Counted from the first letter of the stretch, positions 41,396-51,191 are shown. The stretch is DNA of 64,000 nt from Candidatus Binatia bacterium (GCA_038245295.1 JBBRSP010000008.1:1-64000), one strand, 5' to 3'. The notes: a model not told the origin generated them from the letters alone. Program-made: numbers and translations.

Positions 41396-42913
41396 TTGAG
41401 CCGCTTCGTGTCGACCATTCAATCAGCGCTCCGGCGGAGTCATCTCGTGCGTGCCGCCATGATCATAATCTTCGTGGCTGCGGCCTACGCTCCGGCATTG
41501 CGCAACGGCTTCGTGCGCTGGGACGACACACTCTTCGTTGTCGAGAACGATGCGTTGCGATCCAACGACGGGCTGGCGCGTATCTGGTCGGCGGCCGAAA
41601 TGCCGGACGGCTTCCCGAACTACCCGTTGGCTTTTACGACGTACTGGCTCGAGTACCGGCTTTGGGGAGAATGGCCGGCCGGCTACCACGCTACCAACAT
41701 TGTTCTGCACGCGGTGAACACGGGCCTGGTGTTTGCTCTAGCCCTCGCCCTTGGCGCATCGCCCTGGGCCGCCACAGTCTGCGCCGGCCTGTTTGGGCTG
41801 CATCCCATGCAAGTCGAGTCCGTCGCCTGGGTTGCGGAGCGCAAGAACGTCCTGTCGTGTTTCTTCGCGCTCCTTACCGTGTTGACGTACATACAACACC
41901 AAGCCTCGCTGCGGTGGCGTTGGTTCGCCGCCTCGGCATTTTGCTTTCTCCTGGCGCTACTGAGCAAAACGGCGGTAGCTCCCTTGCCACTGTCGCTGAT
42001 CGCCATGGATCGCCTGCGTAGCGGGCGTTGGCGCTGGTCGCGCCTGGTGTATGCGGCGTCGCTGCTAGTGATGGCGGCGGTTGCTGGTCTGTTGACCTTG
42101 CATCACGAGAATACGCCTCTCACTGTCCCGCTCGCGCAGCGCCCACTGCTCGCGGCCATGGCGCTATGGTTCTACGCCGGCATGTTGCTTGCCCCGTGGA
42201 ATCTCATGGTCATCTATCCGCGTTGGGACGTTTCACTCACGCATTTGGTTTGGTGGTTGCCGTTGCTGGCCATTCCACCAGCCGTCGCTGTGATCTGGCG
42301 CTTCGCCCGAAGCTTTCGGATTAAATGGGGAACGGCACACTTTGCGTTGTTGTTGCTGCCGGTGCTTGGGTTCCGCCCTTTTGGATTCAACCAGTTCAGC
42401 TTCGTGGCGGATCACCACGTTTATCTCCCGTCCGTCGGCTTCCTGCTGGCGCTTGCGGAGGAACTGGATCAGCTGCGTGCGACGCGCCGCCGCTTGATCT
42501 CGTTGGTGGTGGGGATGGTGCTCGCCTGTTGGCTTGGGCTTACGGAGATCCAAATCACGACATGGTTCGATTCGGAAACGCTGTGGCGCGAGTCGCTGCA
42601 GCGAAACCCTACCCCCCTGGTCCACAATAACCTGGCCGACGTGCTGACGGACCAGGGTCGACTCGATGAGGCGGAGCAGCAGGCGCGCGAGGCTCTGGTG
42701 GATTGGCCGAATTCCGTGTCGGTGCACCGCAACCTTGGGCGGATCTATTTTCTGGCCGGGCAGCTCGCGGCGGCTGAAGAAGAGAGCCGTAAGGCCTTGG
42801 CCCTCGATCCGACGGACCCCAGCCTTCGCCGGAATCTGGATCTGGTTCTGCAGGCGCGACAACACCAGGAAATCGACACGCAGGGCAATGTCCCGCGAGA
42901 TACCGATCCGTAA
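41396..42913 (+). CDS. TMTC-like membrane glycosyltransferase with short TPR tail (paralogue of 33704-35596)
   Basis: FVRWDD, EMPDGFPNYPL and ALLSKTAVAPLPLSL shared with the paralogue; about 2 TPRs. Confidence 0.85.
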   Translation: MSRFVSTIQSALRRSHLVRAAMIIIFVAAAYAPALRNGFVRWDDTLFVVENDALRSNDGLARIWSAAEMPDGFPNYPLAFTTYWLEYRLWGEWPAGYHATNIVLHAVNTGLVFALALALGASPWAATVCAGLFGLHPMQVESVAWVAERKNVLSCFFALLTVLTYIQHQASLRWRWFAASAFCFLLALLSKTAVAPLPLSLIAMDRLRSGRWRWSRLVYAASLLVMAAVAGLLTLHHENTPLTVPLAQRPLLAAMALWFYAGMLLAPWNLMVIYPRWDVSLTHLVWWLPLLAIPPAVAVIWRFARSFRIKWGTAHFALLLLPVLGFRPFGFNQFSFVADHHVYLPSVGFLLALAEELDQLRATRRRLISLVVGMVLACWLGLTEIQITTWFDSETLWRESLQRNPTPLVHNNLADVLTDQGRLDEAEQQAREALVDWPNSVSVHRNLGRIYFLAGQLAAAEEESRKALALDPTDPSLRRNLDLVLQARQHQEIDTQGNVPRDTDP

Positions 42914-43007
42914 GGCGTGGTTGCATCGGGTGGAATAGTCAGTAAGAACCTTCCTGGGCTCGCGGCGCGGGTCCAGATCCGAAATCCGAACTGAACGATG
43001 AGGTATC

Positions 43008-44348
43008 ATGTCCGGGGCTGTCGATACCCGCGATGGCGACCAGCTCGTCGCCGAGGAGGAGCATAGCTTCTTTTTTTTGTCGTCGTTGCTCGGCAAGGCC
43101 GTGCTCGACGCCGACGGCGACTTCGTCGGCCATCTGAACGACCTCGCGGTCGCGGTGTCGTCGATGTTTCCCCCGGTCGTGGCATTTGTCGTGCAACGCG
43201 GGCGCTTCGAGCGCTTTCCGCTTACCGGCCGCTGGGCCGATGTGCAGGACATCTCAGGACCGCAGATTCGCCTCAAGGTTCGCATTCGCGCCCTGACGCC
43301 GTCGAAGATCGACGATCGCGGCGAGATCCTTTTGCGTGAAACCCTTCTCGATAAACAAATTGTCGATATGGACGGCGCCAAAGTTGTGCGCGTCAACGAC
43401 CTGCACTTCTTGAAACTCGGTGGCAGCGAACTGCGTCTGGTGCATGTCGACGTTGGCACACGCGGCCTGGTCCGGCGTCTTGGTTGGGAAGCGGCCATCG
43501 ACGGCCTGGTGCGGCGGTTGCGCCCGCAAGCCAGCTATCTGTCGGCGGAGCGTCTGATTCAGTGGCAATACGTTCAGCCGATGTCGTTTGACGCCAACAT
43601 CCACAACATCCGTTTGAGCGTCATGCAGAAGCAGTTGGCCGAGCTACATCCGGCCGACATCGCGGAGATCCTGACCGACCTCGATTCGCACGAGCGTGCC
43701 ACCGTCTTCCGCGCCCTCGACGCGGAGAAGGCTGCCGATGCGTTGGCTGAGGTGGAAGACCCACGTATTCAGACTCAGCTTCTGGAGACGGTGTCGCCGG
43801 ACGAGGCGGCCGACATTCTGGAGGAGATGGAGCCGGACGAAGCCGCCGATCTGCTCGGTGAGCTGCCCCAGGAGACCTCGTCGGAGCTGTTGCGCAAGAT
43901 GGAGGTCGACGATGCCGACGACGTGCGCGAGTTGCTGGCGTACGGCTCGGATAGCGCCGGCGGGATGATGACAACCGAGTTCTTGGCGTTGCCGGCCGAC
44001 TACAGCGTCGAAGCGGCGTTTGCGCGGCTGCGCCAGGAAGCGCCCGAGGTCGAAGCGATCTACTACATTTTTGTGGTCAGCGCCGACGGTTCGTTGGTCG
44101 GCGTGTTGAACCTGCGCCAGCTGATCATGGCGCAACCGCAGGAGCGCATCGAAGACATCATGATCAAAGATCCGGTGCGCGTGCATCACGCCGACAGCCG
44201 CGACAGCGTCGCCGAAATAGTCGAGAAGTATGATTTGTTGGCCCTGCCGGTGGTCGACGACGGCGACGTGTTGATCGGGATGATCACCGTCGATGACGTC
44301 GTCAGTCACATCGCCAAGCAAGCGTGGAAACGAAAGCTCGGGCGATGA
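43008..44348 (+). CDS. MgtE intracellular-domain / CBS-pair protein with PRC-like N-terminus, no TM pore
   Basis: LLDKQIVD.DG.KVVRVND, LHPADIAEI, MEPDEAADLL, AGGMMTTEF, G.ITVDD. Confidence 0.9.
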   Translation: MSGAVDTRDGDQLVAEEEHSFFFLSSLLGKAVLDADGDFVGHLNDLAVAVSSMFPPVVAFVVQRGRFERFPLTGRWADVQDISGPQIRLKVRIRALTPSKIDDRGEILLRETLLDKQIVDMDGAKVVRVNDLHFLKLGGSELRLVHVDVGTRGLVRRLGWEAAIDGLVRRLRPQASYLSAERLIQWQYVQPMSFDANIHNIRLSVMQKQLAELHPADIAEILTDLDSHERATVFRALDAEKAADALAEVEDPRIQTQLLETVSPDEAADILEEMEPDEAADLLGELPQETSSELLRKMEVDDADDVRELLAYGSDSAGGMMTTEFLALPADYSVEAAFARLRQEAPEVEAIYYIFVVSADGSLVGVLNLRQLIMAQPQERIEDIMIKDPVRVHHADSRDSVAEIVEKYDLLALPVVDDGDVLIGMITVDDVVSHIAKQAWKRKLGR

Positions 44349-45667
44349 GGGAGAAGGCGCGCGAACGACTCCGGCGTATGCGTTGGCGCAGTAGCTCCCG
44401 GGAGGAGCGCCGCCGCCAGCAGCGTACTTGGTTTCATTTCCGCATTCCGCCGCGCGTCGCCCTGCTCCTGTCGATCATCGGTCCGGGTATCATCACCGCC
44501 AATGTCGACAACGACGCCGGCGGCATTGCCACGTACTCCATGGCCGGCGCGCAGTTTGGTTACACCCTGTTCTGGTCGCTGATCCCCATCACCGTCGCCC
44601 TCGTCGTGGTGCAGGAGATGTGTTCGCGTATGGGTGTCGTCACCGGCAAAGGATTGGCCGACCTGATTCGCGAGCAGTATGGGGTCAAGGCGACGTTCTA
44701 CATCATGGTGGCGCTGCTCATCGCCAACTTTGCCAACACCATGGCCGAGTTTGCCGGTGTCGCCGCGGCGCTCGAGATCTTCGGGATCAGCAAGTATATT
44801 TCGGTGCCCCTGGCGGCGTTGTTCGTGTGGTGGCTGATTGTCTACGGCACCTATCGGCGTGTCGAGCGCGTCTTCCTCCTGGCCTGCCTGTTCTATGTCG
44901 CGTACCTGTTCTCGGGTTTCATGGCCCATCCGGACTGGAGCGTGGTTCTGTCGCAGACGATGATGCCGCGGGCGCGCTGGGACAGCGCGTACGTGGTGAT
45001 GTTGGTGGCGATTGTCGGCACGACCATCGCTCCCTGGATGCAGTTTTACCAACAGGCGGCGGTGGTCGAGAAGGGGATCCAGGTCGCCGACTATCGTTAT
45101 GCGCGTTACGACACGATGGTCGGTTGTGCGGTCGCCGTCATCGTGGCGATGTTCATCATGGTGGCGTGTGCGGCGACCTTGCATCAGCAGGGTGTGATGG
45201 TCGAATCGGCGGCGGATGCGGCGCTCGCTCTGCGGCCTCTTGCCGGTGAATACTGCTCTGCCTTGTTTGCCTTCGGCCTCTTCAATGCGTCGCTATTTGC
45301 CGCCTCGGTACTGCCGCTGGCGACGGCCTATTATGTTTGTGAGGGGTTTGGCTGGGAAACCGGTATCGACAAGAAGCTGCGCGAAGCGCCGCAGTTCTTT
45401 GGGCTCTATACGGCTCTCATTGTGCTCGGCGCGATGTTCATCCTCATTCCCGGCTTCCCGTTACTCAGCGTGATGTTCCTGTCGCAGGTGCTCAACGGAA
45501 TGCTCCTGCCGGTGGTGCTCATCTTCATCCTCCTCCTGGTGAACCGCCGCGATCTGATGGGCGCGCACGTCAACTCGATGTTCTTCAATGTCGTGGCGTG
45601 GGGGACGTCGATCGTCACGATCGCTCTTACGCTGGTGATGGTCGGGGCGCTCCTGCTCGGGTACTGA
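44345..45667 (+). CDS. NRAMP-family divalent metal transporter (Mg-type clade)
   Basis: GPGII...DNDAGG, QEM..RMG.VTGKGL, GTTIAPWM; ATGA overlap with the CBS gene. Confidence 0.92.
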   Translation: MREKARERLRRMRWRSSSREERRRQQRTWFHFRIPPRVALLLSIIGPGIITANVDNDAGGIATYSMAGAQFGYTLFWSLIPITVALVVVQEMCSRMGVVTGKGLADLIREQYGVKATFYIMVALLIANFANTMAEFAGVAAALEIFGISKYISVPLAALFVWWLIVYGTYRRVERVFLLACLFYVAYLFSGFMAHPDWSVVLSQTMMPRARWDSAYVVMLVAIVGTTIAPWMQFYQQAAVVEKGIQVADYRYARYDTMVGCAVAVIVAMFIMVACAATLHQQGVMVESAADAALALRPLAGEYCSALFAFGLFNASLFAASVLPLATAYYVCEGFGWETGIDKKLREAPQFFGLYTALIVLGAMFILIPGFPLLSVMFLSQVLNGMLLPVVLIFILLLVNRRDLMGAHVNSMFFNVVAWGTSIVTIALTLVMVGALLLGY

Positions 45668-45733
45668 CCTGGTGATGGCGGTGTTTAGCCGCCCGCCCTA
45701 GAGCCCGACCGGCGAAAGCCGCCTTGGCGTGGG

Positions 45734-45823
45734 GAAAAGGGGCCAGGACCCTTTTCTGGCAGCGAAAAGCATCAAGTAAAGCAAGCGTCGAACCAGTGGA
45801 AATGGGGGCAGGACCCTTTGCCC
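45734..45823 (+). repeat. about 90-bp interspersed repeat, copy 2
   Basis: GAAAAGGGGCCAGGACCC..CATCAAG..AGCGTCG..GGGGGCAGGACCC matches the reverse complement of 28850-28940. Confidence 0.85.
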
Positions 45824-45935
45824 TGGCGACCGCATCGAGAATGTAGAATCGAGAGCTCAGAACGAGAACCGGTCATCGAAACTCGATGAGCATCCATTCA
45901 TCGGCCCGCCAAGCCGGCGCCGCGCCGCTCGGGCT

Positions 45936-46940
45936 CTAGCGCAACTTCGAGAAATCGATCGGGTTCGACTGCACCTCCGGCGGCGTCTTCTCAACCCGCT
46001 CGTCACAGGTAAACAAAGTGATCTCATGCGGCCCGCGTGGGGTGCTGCCGTCGACGTGCGTGATGCGGAACTCGTATGTCTCCGACGGCTTGACGATGGC
46101 CCAGCAGCCGTCACGCAGCGGGATCTCGTCATCAACCGGTTGCAGCGTCAGGGTGGCGCCGCCGAGGTCCGCGGTCGCCCGCACGTAGAGCGGCAGCGTC
46201 GTGACGCTGTGCAGTCGCAGCACGGCGCCTTCCAACGTCGCGTAGCGATCGAAGTCGGTACGCACGAAGATGCGCGCATTGCCGGCCGAGATGTTGTCCT
46301 TTACCTTCGAGGTCGTCTCTTCCCAGAAGCGCGACGGGCCGCTGTCGATGTGCAGAAAGTTCTGCGTCTTGTAGAAGCCGACACCGCCGACCTGCAGCTC
46401 GCGTAGTTGTAGCCACAGTTTGCGAATGTCGACGCCGACAAATGCAATATCGGCGGCCAGGCTTTGGGTGTGCAGCGAGGCCATGGCGACGGCGGCGCCG
46501 CGCTCCCCCAGTGCCGCGTTGTACTCGGGGCTGCGATAGCCAGACATCAGGGTCATCTCCTTGGGGTGAAACCGCGTCTGGACGTACGACAGGAGCTCAA
46601 TGGTGCGCAGCGAAATGCTCGATTCCCGCCCATCCTCGCGCGATCGGAAGAATCGGCGGATCTGTTGCAGCGCTTGCTGATCGTACGAACGGTCGGCGCG
46701 ACGATAACGGACGTCGAGCTTCGTATCGAAGTGGCCGTGGCTGAGCTTGAGGCGGCCGTTGCCGGAGAAATAGAAACGCGCTCCGGCGGACGGGTAGGGC
46801 GTAGTGGGTTGGGCGTTGGGCGGGTTGGTCTCCGACGTAGCCGAGCTCGGCGCCCTGTCGCCCGACACCCTACCGCTCTCGGGTACCGCGCATGCCGGGA
46901 GCAGGGCGGTGAGCAGCAGAGCCAGCGTCAGCCGCTTCAT
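45936..46940 (-). CDS. DUF882 / YcbK (M15A peptidase) family lipoprotein with C-terminal extension
   Basis: Lipobox LLPAC, SGYRSP.YN, S.H....AAD, GGVG.Y....F.HIDSG. Confidence 0.87.
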   Translation of the reverse strand: MKRLTLALLLTALLPACAVPESGRVSGDRAPSSATSETNPPNAQPTTPYPSAGARFYFSGNGRLKLSHGHFDTKLDVRYRRADRSYDQQALQQIRRFFRSREDGRESSISLRTIELLSYVQTRFHPKEMTLMSGYRSPEYNAALGERGAAVAMASLHTQSLAADIAFVGVDIRKLWLQLRELQVGGVGFYKTQNFLHIDSGPSRFWEETTSKVKDNISAGNARIFVRTDFDRYATLEGAVLRLHSVTTLPLYVRATADLGGATLTLQPVDDEIPLRDGCWAIVKPSETYEFRITHVDGSTPRGPHEITLFTCDERVEKTPPEVQSNPIDFSKLR

Positions 46941-48142
46941 CGCCGCACGAGCTCGGGTGTCCGACACAAGTCCTTGGTGATGTTCTTCTGGTGCGCTTCG
47001 ATTGTGCCACCGCCGATCTCGAGGAGCTTGGCGTCGCGCCAGAGGCGTTCGACGACATATTCTCCCATATAGCCGTAGCCGCCGAGAACCTGGATGGCGC
47101 GATCGGCGATCTCCTTGCCGACTCGGGCGGCGAACAGTTTGGCGCCGTCGGCATCGACGCGGTTGCCGAAGGAGTTCGGGTCGAGGCGGCGGGCGACGTC
47201 GTAGACATAGGTGCGCGCCGCTTTGTATTCGGAGTAGGACTCGGCGATGTGGCGCTGGATCTGGCCGTGCTCGCGAATCGGCACACCGAACGCATGGCGC
47301 TCGTTGGAGTAGCGGACCATGACTTCGACGCAGCGCATGGCGATACCAACCGACATTGCGGCCAACGTCAGGCGCTCCATCTCGAGGTTGCGCATCATGT
47401 GCTTGGTACTTTCGCCCTCGTTGCCGATCAGGTTGCCGGCCGGGACGATGCAGTTGTCGAAGAGCAACTCGGCGGTCATCGACGAGCGCATGCCGAGCTT
47501 GTCATGCAGCAGCTGACCAAGCGCGAAACCGGTGAAACCTTTCTCGACGAGGAATGTGCTGATCTTGCCGCCGGTCTTGGCGTAGACAAGGAAGACGTCG
47601 CCCAGAGTTTTGCCGTCCACGGCACCATTGGTGATGAACATCTTGCGCCCGTTGAGGACGTAGTGGTCGCCGCGACGGTCGGCCGTCGTGCGCATGCCGA
47701 GCACGTCGGTCCCCGCTTCGGGTTCAGTCATACACATGCCGCCGATCCATTCGCCCGACACAGCCTTACTCAGGACATGGTCGCGTTGCGCGGCACTGGC
47801 GTTGTGCGCGAAGTTGTGGACGAACAGAATGCTGTGGGCCAGGTAGGACAGACAAAAGCTCGGGTCGGAATACGACAGCGCCTCGTGCACCATGACCGAG
47901 GCGACCGCATCGAGCCCCGCGCCACCGTGCTCCTCCGATACGGTCAACCCGAGGAGCCCGAGCTCCCCGCAGCGGCGAAACAACGCGGCGTTGAACTTCT
48001 CATCGCGATTGAACTGGCTGGCCTGCGGCTCGACCTCGTCGCGTACGAAGTTCCACAACGTGTCGGAAAGCAGCCGATGCTCATCGCTCGGTGCGAACAG
48101 GTTAAAGGTCTTGGCAATCGGCGCGGTTACAACGTCGGACAT
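46937..48142 (-). CDS. acyl-CoA dehydrogenase (isovaleryl-CoA dehydrogenase-like)
   Basis: MTEPEAGTD, NGRKMFITNG, KLGMRSS.T, QVLGGYGY, LLEIGGGT. Confidence 0.93.
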   Translation of the reverse strand: MSDVVTAPIAKTFNLFAPSDEHRLLSDTLWNFVRDEVEPQASQFNRDEKFNAALFRRCGELGLLGLTVSEEHGGAGLDAVASVMVHEALSYSDPSFCLSYLAHSILFVHNFAHNASAAQRDHVLSKAVSGEWIGGMCMTEPEAGTDVLGMRTTADRRGDHYVLNGRKMFITNGAVDGKTLGDVFLVYAKTGGKISTFLVEKGFTGFALGQLLHDKLGMRSSMTAELLFDNCIVPAGNLIGNEGESTKHMMRNLEMERLTLAAMSVGIAMRCVEVMVRYSNERHAFGVPIREHGQIQRHIAESYSEYKAARTYVYDVARRLDPNSFGNRVDADGAKLFAARVGKEIADRAIQVLGGYGYMGEYVVERLWRDAKLLEIGGGTIEAHQKNITKDLCRTPELVRR

Positions 48143-48651
48143 CGGTGAAACCTCCAGCGCTGGATACTCACGTAAACACAAGGTCGGTTCAACTGACGGA
48201 AGGGTGAAGAGTGAGGAGTGAAAACAGCGCAGCGCGCGGCGAACACGAGGGATCGGTACGGATTGTCATGACCTTCGGCCACCGCGGTACAAAGTTGACG
48301 CCAATTCTGAGTTGGAGCCCTCGCTGTGACTCAACAGGAAGCCCCAGGACGGGCTCTCGGTGGTCGAGATGACTCTACCTACGCACGCAAACTCAACGTT
48401 TTTGGGCGATTCGTTGGTAGAGCTATTGAAATCAAAGAGGAATTTTGTCGCTACCGGCTCATCAGATCGGTGAAATCTCGTGCGGCGCAAGCGCCCTGAA
48501 TGAGGCGTCTGATAGTCTCGATTTTTGTGGTGGTCCCGGCATCCGAACCTCCTTTGCGACACGCCAATCGGCCTCAGCAGTTCCGCCCGGTGACCGAAGG
48601 CCCATGCCCGCAACTTGTTCGCCGGACGTGCTTGGGGAATACACAGACCCC

Positions 48652-49413
48652 ATGAGCAGTTTTGATGATCTCTTCGATCTTCGCGGCAAAGTTGCGCTCG
48701 TTACCGGCGGTAGTCGCGGGCTTGGCCGCGAAATGGTGCTTGCCTTCGCGCGTTGCGGCGCCGATGTCGTCATCGCTAGCCGCAAGGTTGAGTCGTGTCG
48801 CGAAGTTGCTGCCGCTGTCGAGGCGCTTGGTCGGCGTGCGCTGCCGGTGGGCTGCCACGTCGGTCGCTGGCAAGACGTCAACGCGTTGATCGACGCTGCC
48901 TACGCCGAGTTCGGTCGTGTCGACATCCTCGTCAACAACGCCGGCATGTCGCCACTCTACGCATCGCTGCGCGATATCTCGGAAGACCTCTTCGACAAGG
49001 TGCAGGCCGTCAACCTCAAGGGACCATTCCGCCTCTGTGCCGAGATTGGCGCGCGTATGATGGAAGGCGAGGGCGGTTCGATCATCAATGTGTCGAGTGT
49101 CGCTGCCGAGAAGCCGACGGCGATCGAGGTACCGTATGCCGCCGCCAAAGCGGGACTGAACACCCTGACCGTGGCGTTTGCGTTGGCCTACGGACCCAAG
49201 GTGCGGGTCAACTGCATCCAGGCCGGCCCGTTTCTCACCGACATCAGCAAGGCGTGGGACATGGAGCTCTTCGAGCGTCACGCCAAGAATGGCTTCGCCC
49301 TGCAGCGTGGTGGCCGGCCCGAGGAAATCGTCGGCACAGCCCTGTACTTGGCGAGTCCCGCGTCGAGCTTTACAACCGGCGCAATCATCAAGGTCGACGG
49401 CGGCATGCGCTGA
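48652..49413 (+). CDS. short-chain dehydrogenase/reductase
   Basis: TGGSRGLG, NNAG, YAAAK, VDGG. Confidence 0.93.
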   Translation: MSSFDDLFDLRGKVALVTGGSRGLGREMVLAFARCGADVVIASRKVESCREVAAAVEALGRRALPVGCHVGRWQDVNALIDAAYAEFGRVDILVNNAGMSPLYASLRDISEDLFDKVQAVNLKGPFRLCAEIGARMMEGEGGSIINVSSVAAEKPTAIEVPYAAAKAGLNTLTVAFALAYGPKVRVNCIQAGPFLTDISKAWDMELFERHAKNGFALQRGGRPEEIVGTALYLASPASSFTTGAIIKVDGGMR

Positions 49414-49484
49414 TCACCTTAGTACTCCGGTTCATTAGTTCGGCGACGTATTTCGCGGCTGTTCGGGAGCATTGGGCTCACGCG

Positions 49485-49552
49485 CCGCAGGCTGAAGCCT
49501 GCGCCTACCAGACTCCTAAAGCGGACCGGTAGGCACAGGCTTTAGACTGCGG
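49485..49552. repeat. inverted pair of GTAG-type REP sequences (REPIN-like), copy 1
   Basis: CCGCAGGCTGAAGCCTGCGCCTACC ... GGTAGGCACAGGCTTTAGACTGCGG; same unit at 62564-62642. Confidence 0.85.
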
Positions 49553-49697
49553 AGGGCGGTTGCGGATGCGTCACCGCATTTGTGCCGAACAGCACTTAGC
49601 GGCGGACGCTTAAAGCCTGAGCGAACCCTGCGCCGCAGGATCGAGCACAACATACCTTCTCCGTCTGATTGCGAACGCGCGTAACGCTTTCATTCGC

Positions 49698-49713
49698 TGG
49701 CACCCTAGTTGCT
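49698..49713 (+). promoter_or_regulatory. sigma54 (-24/-12) promoter of the WS/DGAT gene
   Basis: TGGCACCCTAGTTGCT matches TGGCAC-N5-TTGC; AGGAGG and ATG 49743 follow at suitable spacing. Confidence 0.82.
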
Positions 49714-49742
49714 CGACTGAGTTGACAGGAGGTTAGCGCAAC

Positions 49743-51191
49743 ATGGCCCAGGCTTGGTACGAACGGCTGTCCGGACTCGATCAGGCGTTTCTCCACTTCG
49801 AGAAGCCGGGCGCCTATATGCACGTTGCGCTGACGTCGATTTTTGATGCCGGTTCGCTGCTTGGGCCTGAGGGTGGCCTCGATATCCAGCGTATTCGCCG
49901 ATACGTTGGCTCGCGATTGCACCTGTTGCCGCGCTACCGCCAGAGCTTGAGCTACACGCCGCTGACCAACGATCCGGTATGGGTCGACGACGACAAATTC
50001 GAGCTCGAATATCACGTGCGCCACGTCTCGCTGCCGAGCCCGGGGACGGATCGACAGCTGCAGACCATGATTGCTCGCCTACTCGAGCAGCCCCTCGACC
50101 GCCGCCGGCCCCTCTGGGAGGCCTGGTTCATTGAAGGACTTGCCGGCCGCCGCTTCGCGATGTTGAGCAAGGTGCACCATTGCATGGTCGACGGCATTGC
50201 CGGCGTCGACTTGCTCGCGGCCTTGCTCGGCGTCGAGCCGCACAAACAGATCGATAAGGCGGAGCGTTGGCAGCCGCGGCCGAAGCCGGACGGACGCCAG
50301 CTGCTGCGCGATGATCTGGGACGACGGGCGCGCGCATCGGTGAACTTCGTCAGCTCGCTGCCCGATCTCTGGCGCAGCCCTCGGCCTTCTGGGCCGGACC
50401 TCGGAAGTCGAATGTCGGCTCTGTGGGGCCTGCTGCAGACCGGAATCGGCGGCGCCTCGGAGACCTCGCTCAATCAGCCAATCGGGCCCCATCGGCGGGT
50501 CGAATGGCTGAGTTTTGATCTTGCCGACGTAAAGGAGGTGAAGAATCGCTTACACGGAACTCTCAACGATGTGGTGCTTGCGACTGTGGCTGGTGCGATG
50601 CGCGAGTTTTTCCTGAGTCGGCCGGATGATCCTGTCCCCGGCGACTTTCGCGCGCTGATTCCGGTCAGCGTCCGGACTCGCGACGAACGCGGTGAAACCG
50701 GCAACCGGGTGTCCATGTGGATCACGCCGCTGCCATTGCAGGAGAAGCACCCGCTGCGACGCTTCGATGCTGTTCACGCGACGACGTCGAAGAATCGCGA
50801 TGATCACCAGGAAGGAGGTGCCGAGCTACTGACGCAGACCGCCGATTGGACAACCTCACAAGTGCTTGGATTGGCAACGTGGCTACTGACGCAAGCACGC
50901 GTCTTCAACATCGTGGTCACCAACGTTCCCGGTCCACCGGTGCCGTTCTACCTGCTCGATGCACCGATGGCGGCGGCCTATCCCCAGGTCCCGCTTTTCG
51001 AAAGTCAGGGCCTGGGGATCGCGCTGCTTAGCTATGGCGACAAACTGTACTGGGGGTTGGCGGCGGATTGGGACATCGTGCCGGATATCCATCAATTTGC
51101 CGACTGCTTGCGGCACGCCTTCGCTGAGTTGCGCGCCGCCGCCGGGATGCCGATTGTTCACGAAGTGAAGCGCGCCTCGCGCGCCGCTTGA
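49743..51191 (+). CDS. wax ester synthase / diacylglycerol acyltransferase (WS/DGAT)
   Basis: RLSGLD..FL, LDRRRPLWE, HHCMVDG catalytic motif, TLNDVVL, NVPGP. Confidence 0.94.
   Translation: MAQAWYERLSGLDQAFLHFEKPGAYMHVALTSIFDAGSLLGPEGGLDIQRIRRYVGSRLHLLPRYRQSLSYTPLTNDPVWVDDDKFELEYHVRHVSLPSPGTDRQLQTMIARLLEQPLDRRRPLWEAWFIEGLAGRRFAMLSKVHHCMVDGIAGVDLLAALLGVEPHKQIDKAERWQPRPKPDGRQLLRDDLGRRARASVNFVSSLPDLWRSPRPSGPDLGSRMSALWGLLQTGIGGASETSLNQPIGPHRRVEWLSFDLADVKEVKNRLHGTLNDVVLATVAGAMREFFLSRPDDPVPGDFRALIPVSVRTRDERGETGNRVSMWITPLPLQEKHPLRRFDAVHATTSKNRDDHQEGGAELLTQTADWTTSQVLGLATWLLTQARVFNIVVTNVPGPPVPFYLLDAPMAAAYPQVPLFESQGLGIALLSYGDKLYWGLAADWDIVPDIHQFADCLRHAFAELRAAAGMPIVHEVKRASRAA

Noticed and set aside
45701..45735. 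Group II intron domain V (GAGCCC..GGCGAAAGCC)
   Set aside because: The lower stem does not pair, and there is no domain VI or reverse transcriptase nearby.
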